Position numbers and translations under genes: made by a program
The notes under the pieces: model-generated
The model's input: only the letters and a program-made list of their open reading frames with translations
What the model was told of the DNA's origin: nothing
The model's database searches: none
Shown here: positions 17,757-24,000 of the stretch, piece by piece
How the letters are laid out: each line of letters starts with the position of its first letter
Position numbering within the stretch: the first letter of the stretch is position 1
Source: Promethearchaeia archaeon
GTDB taxonomy: Archaea; Asgardarchaeota; Lokiarchaeia; Sigyniarchaeales; SOKP01
DNA: 24,000 nucleotides
Reading direction: 5' to 3'
Assembly (NCBI GenBank): GCA_046497275.1
Contig: JAWOFX010000064.1
Span: 52 to 24,051 of the forward strand

Positions 17757-18011
17757 ATGGCAAATAATATTTTAATTCAGAATCTTATTGAAGAAATGGA
17801 GATTTTATCACCACTTCAATTTAATTTAATAAAAAAATTAAAAGAAGAAGGTCCATTAACCAGGAGACAACTTGTAAATAAACTAAGGACACCTCGAACA
17901 ACAATATATGATAATTTAGTCAAACTTCAAAAGAAAAAAGTGGTTGAAAAATTTTCAAGAAATAACGGAAAGCGTGGCCGACCAAAAGTTTATTGGAAAA
18001 TCCTAAAATAG
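17757..18011 (+). CDS. Small winged-helix DNA-binding protein (MarR/TrmB/ArsR-like)
   Basis: LTRRQLVNKLRTPRTTIYDNLVKLQKKKVVEKFSRNNGKRGRPKVYWKI; ribosome-binding GGAGG at 17746-17750. Confidence 0.8.
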   Translation: MANNILIQNLIEEMEILSPLQFNLIKKLKEEGPLTRRQLVNKLRTPRTTIYDNLVKLQKKKVVEKFSRNNGKRGRPKVYWKILK

Positions 18012-18248
18012 TTTTTTTTAATATTTTATATATTTTTTTTGATAATTAATTAAGAAATCTTTGTTTGGAAGATTATTCTTCAAAATTAGAATTTAATCAA
18101 AAATTGTTTTAATATTAGGTTTATAGACTCCAATTTTTCCATTGCAAAAAAAAGAAAATATGTTAATTTCAAAATATATTTAAATTAATATAAAAATGGA
18201 TCCCAGATTCAAAATTTTTTTTAATTAATAAATATAGCTATTAAAACA

Positions 18249-18267
18249 TGAACAAATTAATTGTTCA
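18249..18267 (+). other. Perfect 7-bp hairpin in the candidate aldolase 5' leader
   Basis: TGAACAA ATTAA TTGTTCA. Confidence 0.5.
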
Positions 18268-18353
18268 AAAAATACAATAAGCTTGCACTGGAAAAAAAGG
18301 AGTCTAAAAAGATTTTAATTTTTAATAATTATTACTTAAAAAGAGGTTTTAAA

Positions 18354-19337
18354 ATGATTAGTTATAAGGAATTAGGATTCAAAAATACGAAAAGAATGTT
18401 TGAGGTAGCATTAAAGGGAAACTTTGCTGTCCCAGGTTATAATATAAATAATTTAGAGCAATTACAAGCAATTATAAATGGCTGTGGTAAAAGTAGGTCT
18501 CCTGTAATTATACAAATAAGCAAGGGTGCGCGAGATTATGCAAATCAGACTATGCTTAGATATTTAGGCCAAGGAGCTGTCGAAATGGCTAATGAATTAG
18601 GATATAAAATACCTATAGCACTCCATTTAGATCATGGAGACTCATTTGAATTATGTAAATCTTGTATTGATCATGGATTTTCAAGTGTAATGTTTGATGG
18701 AAGTCACTTGGCTTATGAAGATAACATAAAATTAACTAAAAAGGTTGTGGAATATGCCCATAAAAATGATGTTTCAGTAGAAGCAGAATTAGGAATATTG
18801 GCAGGAATAGAAGAGCATGTAAAATCAGAGGAACATAGATATACTGATCCAGAAAAAGTCGAGGATTTTGTAAAAAGAACTCAATGTGATTCTTTGGCTA
18901 TTGCGATAGGGACATCTCATGGAGCATATAAATTTAAGGTTGAAAAAAAAGAAGATATACCTGAATTAAGATTTGATATTTTGAAGGAAGTTAAAAAGAG
19001 ATTAGGTGATTTTCCAATAGTACTTCATGGATCCTCTTCAGTTCTACAAAATTATGTGAAAATAATTAATGATTTTGGTGGTGCTTTAGAAAAAGCTTTC
19101 GGAATTCCTGAATCTCAACTGAGAAAAGCTACAGAATATGGAGTAAGTAAGATTAATATTGATACTGATGGAAGATTAGTTTTCACAGCAATGGTAAGAA
19201 AATATTTATCTGAAAATCCTGATGTTTTTGATCCTAGAAAATATTTAGGTTTAGCGAGAGATGAACTTACTAAAATGATTTTAAGAAAAAATAAAGAAGT
19301 TCTTGGTTCCGCTGGAATGGCTGATTTATTAGTTTAA
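18354..19337 (+). CDS. fba: Class II fructose-bisphosphate aldolase (start corrected from 18261)
   Basis: VPGYNINNLEQLQAI, HLDHGDSFELCKSCIDHGFSSVMFDGS, EAELGILAGIEE, AIAIGTSHGAYK; ATG at 18354 preceded by AAAGAGG, the track start is TTG with a non-conserved prefix. Confidence 0.9.
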   Translation: MISYKELGFKNTKRMFEVALKGNFAVPGYNINNLEQLQAIINGCGKSRSPVIIQISKGARDYANQTMLRYLGQGAVEMANELGYKIPIALHLDHGDSFELCKSCIDHGFSSVMFDGSHLAYEDNIKLTKKVVEYAHKNDVSVEAELGILAGIEEHVKSEEHRYTDPEKVEDFVKRTQCDSLAIAIGTSHGAYKFKVEKKEDIPELRFDILKEVKKRLGDFPIVLHGSSSVLQNYVKIINDFGGALEKAFGIPESQLRKATEYGVSKINIDTDGRLVFTAMVRKYLSENPDVFDPRKYLGLARDELTKMILRKNKEVLGSAGMADLLV

Positions 19338-19365
19338 TTGAATTTCTATTTAAAAATTAGGCCAA

Positions 19366-21186
19366 TCATTTTTTTGGAATATAATAATATTCATTAATAC
19401 TTTTTTGATACTCATCTTTATTACTTCCAAGTTTATTTACTCTAGGCCTTTTCGTTATAGAATCCCTTCTGAAAGTAATACCCATTATTTCTAAAAATGT
19501 ATTAAATCCATCTCGAAGATTTTTAGGTGCTAAGGCTCTTCCTTGTATACCAGGAGAACCCTTGAATACCATTATAGAATCAGCGATAAAATCTTGAGTA
19601 ATTATATCATGTTCGACTACAAAAGCGCATTTTTTAATCTCTTCGATAGATTTTCTAATCAATTGAGCAACTTGTAATCTCATTTCAGCATCTAAAAAAG
19701 CAGAAGGTTCATCAAGTAAGTAAATATCTGCCTCAGTTCCTAAACAACTTGCAATCGCTAATCTTTGCAACTCCCCCCCACTTAATTCAGAAACTAATCT
19801 ATCTTTAAGATCATTCAATTTAAGATTATCAATCAATCTTCTTTTATATGATTCACTCAAATAAGATGCTAATTTAATTTCATTTAAATAATTAGAAACC
19901 TTCGTTTCTTCATTTAATTGTATATATTGATGTTTAAAGGAAACTTTTAAACCGTTTCTCTTATTTATTTCATTCTCAATTTTTGAATTATTGGATTTAA
20001 CATTTTCTGCAATTAAGTTCACGAAAGTTGATTTTCCAATTCCATTTGGTCCTAATATACCAATTATTTCTCCAGCATGAATTTCACTCCCCATAACTTC
20101 AAGGTGAAAATTTCCCAATGTTGTTTCCATATCCTCATAAGAGAAAATGATATTTCCCGAGTCATATAGTGATTCTTGAGGAGGTCTTTCATGAAATTTT
20201 ATTGATTCCTCTCTAAAACGGATATTTTCATCCTTTATATAACCATTTAAATAAATATTTATTCCAACTCTTACACCTTGCGGATGAGATATTATTCCAT
20301 AAACTCCTGGTTTTCCATATAATAATGAAACGTAGTCACTTAAATAATCGAGAATCGCAAGATCATGTTCAACGACTATTATTGTTTTATCCGCATCTGT
20401 CATACTTCTTATTAATTTAGCCATTTTTATCCTTTCACTTACATCTAAATATGAGCTAGGCTCATCAATTAAATACACATCTCCATCTTTTAAAATTCCT
20501 GCTGCGATAGCTACCCTCTGTAATTCTCCTCCCGATAAAACAGAAATATTTCTATCTAATATTTTCGTCAAATTAAGGTTTTCTGCGATATTCTGAATTA
20601 TATCATTTTCGTCATTTTTCTTCAAGACCTCATATACTTTCCCCGAAACAAACTGTGGTATCGATGTTATATCTTGAGGTTTATATACTACCTTAATCTT
20701 TTGTTCTTTCAATTCAGTAAAATACTGTTGCAATTCTGAACCTTTAAAATAATTTATAATCTCATCCCAGTCTGGTGATTCTTCATTAAATCTTCCGAAG
20801 TTTATTTTTAACGTTCCCGATAGGATTTTTATTAAAGTGCTTTTTCCAATACCATTTTGTCCAATAATTCCTAATACTTTTCCTTTTTTTGGGATAGCCA
20901 TTCTAAATAAAGAGAATTGATCTGGACCATATCTATAAGTCATTTCCTTTTTTAGAGGGTCCGGTAAGTTAACAATACTGATTGCCCCAAATGGACATTT
21001 TTTAATACATATTCCACAACCAGAACAAAGATTTTCAGCTATTTCTACTTTATTTATTTCTTCATTAAGAACAATTGTTTTATCTCCAGTTCTTACTCGT
21101 GGACAATATTTAATACAAGGTTTCTCACCAAAAGGACTACACTTATCTGGTTTGCATTTGTCCTTGTTAAGTACAGCAATCCTCAT
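19366..21186 (-). CDS. abcE1: ABCE1/Rli1 ribosome recycling ATPase
   Basis: N-terminal Fe-S ferredoxin-like cluster CSGCGICIKKCPF, two Walker A/ABC signature sets (GQNGIGKST, LSGGELQRVAIA; GPNGIGKST, LSGGELQRLAIA). Confidence 0.97.
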   Translation of the reverse strand: MRIAVLNKDKCKPDKCSPFGEKPCIKYCPRVRTGDKTIVLNEEINKVEIAENLCSGCGICIKKCPFGAISIVNLPDPLKKEMTYRYGPDQFSLFRMAIPKKGKVLGIIGQNGIGKSTLIKILSGTLKINFGRFNEESPDWDEIINYFKGSELQQYFTELKEQKIKVVYKPQDITSIPQFVSGKVYEVLKKNDENDIIQNIAENLNLTKILDRNISVLSGGELQRVAIAAGILKDGDVYLIDEPSSYLDVSERIKMAKLIRSMTDADKTIIVVEHDLAILDYLSDYVSLLYGKPGVYGIISHPQGVRVGINIYLNGYIKDENIRFREESIKFHERPPQESLYDSGNIIFSYEDMETTLGNFHLEVMGSEIHAGEIIGILGPNGIGKSTFVNLIAENVKSNNSKIENEINKRNGLKVSFKHQYIQLNEETKVSNYLNEIKLASYLSESYKRRLIDNLKLNDLKDRLVSELSGGELQRLAIASCLGTEADIYLLDEPSAFLDAEMRLQVAQLIRKSIEEIKKCAFVVEHDIITQDFIADSIMVFKGSPGIQGRALAPKNLRDGFNTFLEIMGITFRRDSITKRPRVNKLGSNKDEYQKSINEYYYIPKK

Positions 21187-21272
21187 TTAAACTCACTATA
21201 ATCCTAAATAAAAAATGATAAATAAATATATTCATTATTACACTAAAGATTTAAGCATAGTGGTGAATAAAT

Positions 21273-22979
21273 TTGGAAACAGAATATTCTATTCATTGGT
21301 TATTAGATATCATTAAAAAAATTGAAAAAAGAAACCCAGAAAAAATTACCTTAGCTACGGGGAAGACCCCTTCAGGACATATTCATATTGGAATTCTAAG
21401 AGAGATAATTATATGTGATTCTCTTAGAAGAGTTTTCGAAGAAAAAAATAATGAGGTAAGATCTTATCTTTTTCTTGACAGTTTAGATGCTGCCAAGCGA
21501 TTTCCAGAATATATTAAAAAATCATTTCAAAAAAAACATATAGGAAAACCATTTTGTTTTATACCTTGTCCTTTTGATGATTGCGGATGTGAAAGCTACG
21601 CTTTTCATTTTGGAAACGAATTAGTATCAACTTTCAATGATTTTGGTATAGATAATAAAATAATTTGGACTCATGAATTATATAGAACGAATGAGATGAT
21701 AGAAAAAATAAAAATCGCACTTAATAATACTGAAAAAATTAAACAAATTTTAAAAAAATTCATTTTACCAACTTTAGACGAGGAAAAGAAAGATCAATTC
21801 CTTGAAACACAGAAGGATTGGATGCCAGTCATGGCTGTTTGCCGTAAATGTCATAAAATTCAAGCACGTGATAATGATGGAACAATAATTCCAAATAGGA
21901 TTATATCTTATGATAAAAATAATGAACAAATCACTTATAAATGTCCCGCTTGTGGATTTGAAGAGGTTCTCTCTATATATGAAGGAAACCTGAAGTTAAA
22001 TTGGAGAGTTGATTGGCCAGCTAAATGGGCTATTTTTAAAACCACTTGTGAACCTGCTGGTAAGGACCATTGTGTCAAAGGAGGATCATATGATACTGGT
22101 CTTGAAATATGCCAAGATATCTTTGGTTATAAAGGTCCAATTAAGGTTCCTTATGAATGGCTAAGATTAGGAGAAAGAGATATGAAAACATCTAAGGGTA
22201 TTGTTTTTACTCCAAAAAATTATTTAAAAATTGCAGATCCAGAAATTTTTAGAACATTAATTTTAAGAACAAATCCAATGAAACATATCTCATTTAGAAT
22301 TGAGGAACTTCCTCAATATCATGATTATTTTGAAAAAATGGAAAATATTTATTATTCTTTGGAAGAGGCTGAATCCAAAGAAGAAGTGGATTATTATAAT
22401 TTTATGTATCCTCTAACTAAAATTGATGAAATCCCCAAAGAGAAAAAAAACAGATTATCATTTAATTTATTAATCTTTTTATCTCAAATTCAAAATATTT
22501 TAAGTTTTGATAAAATTTATGAAAAAGCTAAAGAAATAATGATTGAAAATAAATTTGAAAATATTATAAATAAAAACCAATTCAAAAAATTACTTGAGAA
22601 AACAAAAAATTGGATCGAAGAAATAAAAAAAATAATAGAAGAGGAACAAGACAAAAAAACCAAGAGAAGAATTCAACAAAAAATTACTCTCTTTTCAATT
22701 CCAGAAGAAATTAGTTTGGATTTGAAAAAACAATTAGAAGAGAATCAAAAAAAAGGAATTAAATATTTGAGAGAATATTTATTACAAACTGAGGATTTAG
22801 ATGCTGATAAAATTCAAAATAAAATATTTTCTATTGCGAAGGATCAATTAAATATGCCCCCAAAAAAACTATTTCAAGCTATTTATAAAATCTTAATAGG
22901 CAAAAAGTATGGACCAAGATTGGGGCCATTTTTGAAAATGCTTGACAAAGATTGGTTGATCGAGAGATTAAACATTTAA
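21273..22979 (+). CDS. lysS: Class I lysyl-tRNA synthetase
   Basis: TPSGHIHIGILREI HIGH motif, CRKC...CPAC zinc motif, KTSKG signature (MKTSKGIVFTP). Confidence 0.95.
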   Translation: METEYSIHWLLDIIKKIEKRNPEKITLATGKTPSGHIHIGILREIIICDSLRRVFEEKNNEVRSYLFLDSLDAAKRFPEYIKKSFQKKHIGKPFCFIPCPFDDCGCESYAFHFGNELVSTFNDFGIDNKIIWTHELYRTNEMIEKIKIALNNTEKIKQILKKFILPTLDEEKKDQFLETQKDWMPVMAVCRKCHKIQARDNDGTIIPNRIISYDKNNEQITYKCPACGFEEVLSIYEGNLKLNWRVDWPAKWAIFKTTCEPAGKDHCVKGGSYDTGLEICQDIFGYKGPIKVPYEWLRLGERDMKTSKGIVFTPKNYLKIADPEIFRTLILRTNPMKHISFRIEELPQYHDYFEKMENIYYSLEEAESKEEVDYYNFMYPLTKIDEIPKEKKNRLSFNLLIFLSQIQNILSFDKIYEKAKEIMIENKFENIINKNQFKKLLEKTKNWIEEIKKIIEEEQDKKTKRRIQQKITLFSIPEEISLDLKKQLEENQKKGIKYLREYLLQTEDLDADKIQNKIFSIAKDQLNMPPKKLFQAIYKILIGKKYGPRLGPFLKMLDKDWLIERLNI

Positions 22980-23176
22980 TCTTGTTTTTTCTTTCTGGTG
23001 AAAATACTTTTCATTTTATTAATCAATCCTTTTTTCTTTTTCTCTTCTTGTAAAACATTGTAGCATTCAGGGCAAAATGTGTATGACTCTTTAATCATTT
23101 TTCCACATTTTTTACAATGTTTATGTGGATAAATATAACTTTCAGTTTTTTTATCATATCTTTCAAATTTACTCAA
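22976..23176 (-). CDS. Small zinc-ribbon protein with basic tail
   Basis: CKKCGKMIKESYTFCPEC. Confidence 0.7.
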   Translation of the reverse strand: MSKFERYDKKTESYIYPHKHCKKCGKMIKESYTFCPECYNVLQEEKKKKGLINKMKSIFTRKKKQD

Positions 23177-23218
23177 AAGCTATCACCTAAGATGATAATA
23201 AGTATAGGAATTGATTTT

Positions 23219-24000
23219 TTAAATCTTTTTCACTCCACTTTTATTTATTTTAATCTTGAAAAATTGAGCATTTCGAAGTTCATCAATTATTTCTAAAGGA
23301 TAATTGGGAAACTGAGACTTGAATCTTTGATCATCATATAAGATATCTTCCAAACTTTTTTTCCAATAATTAAATATTTGTTCCAATTTATCGGGATTCA
23401 CTAAAGCAAAAACAGATCCACCGCCGCCTGCGCCAGTAAGCTTCGCTGAATATACTTCAGGATGTTTTTGAATTAAATCTATTAAAATATTATTTGCCAA
23501 ACCTATACCATATTTGAATCCAGCTCTTTCCATTATATCATTCATTATTTTTGTATTTTCTTTAAAAAATTGTCCTAATCTCTCCCAATTCTTTTCCATT
23601 ATCGCAAACCGGGATTTCCATGCGATTTGTGCTAATTTTTCATAATTTTTTATGAGATTTTCATTATTAGATAAATATAGATCTCTTAATTTCTTATGAA
23701 CATTTCCACTTTCATGGATGGACCCAGAAAAACAAATAATGATCGGTAATGAGTTTATTTCGTAAATACCATCAATTCTATCATAGACAGCTAAAGGCTC
23801 ATGTTTTATCTTTTTATGATATAATTTTCCGTTATAAGAGCAGAAAGATAGTCCTCCTCTGGAAATCACATAACGATCACTATAACCCGCTGTAATCTTG
23901 AGATCTTTATCTTCAACTTTAGTACATATTTCCGCTAACGTATCTTTATTTATTGGTATATCTTTTTCTTTTAATCCATTCAATTTATTAATAAAATTAT
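23219..24000 (-). CDS. GHMP kinase family protein (mevalonate/sugar kinase-like), 5' end beyond window
   Basis: AKLTGAGGGGSVFALV GHMP C-terminal motif, KITAGYSDRYVISRGG; the frame stays open through 24000 (NFINKLNGLKEKDI), and the track start at 23983 is a TTG. Confidence 0.85.
   Translation of the reverse strand, partial: NFINKLNGLKEKDIPINKDTLAEICTKVEDKDLKITAGYSDRYVISRGGLSFCSYNGKLYHKKIKHEPLAVYDRIDGIYEINSLPIIICFSGSIHESGNVHKKLRDLYLSNNENLIKNYEKLAQIAWKSRFAIMEKNWERLGQFFKENTKIMNDIMERAGFKYGIGLANNILIDLIQKHPEVYSAKLTGAGGGGSVFALVNPDKLEQIFNYWKKSLEDILYDDQRFKSQFPNYPLEIIDELRNAQFFKIKINKSGVKKI

Noticed and set aside
21273-22979. Search for a Lys-rich leader peptide before lysS, by analogy with the trp leader
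   Set aside because: The short divergent spacer (21187-21272) shows no convincing Lys-rich ORF beyond AT-rich background

Overview
AT-rich archaeal chromosomal segment. Gene content (roadblock domain, TFB, ABCE1, class I LysRS, archaeosine transglycosylase, class III-like pilin) suggests an Asgard/Promethearchaeota-like genome (inference). Most genes are housekeeping: trpB2-type tryptophan synthase beta, roadblock/LC7 protein, a minus-strand tRNA-modification block (Trm5, DUF371, TgtA-like, AK6-type kinase) bracketed by tRNA-Arg(TCT) and tRNA-Ile(GAT), TFB, gamma-carbonic anhydrase-like, NIF3-like, Flp-like pilin, RHH and winged-HTH regulators, class II aldolase, ABCE1, class I LysRS and a GHMP kinase cut by the window edge. 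The most striking observation is not in the ORF track. Upstream of trpB on the minus strand (1795..1730) is a 21-codon ORF, MNKMATVKNNFWCWQWPWRWQ*. It has five Trp codons, alternating with other residues over ten codons. It is followed by a weak stem and a T-rich tract like the one after trpB itself. This has the form of a ribosome-mediated trp attenuator in an archaeon. Other items worth checking: a pair of translationally coupled, very large helical proteins of unknown function (2528..7236), a roadblock gene with no ATG/GTG/TTG start, a solo Cas4/RecB-like nuclease, an orphan pilin, and repeat-bearing intergenic regions around divergent regulators.
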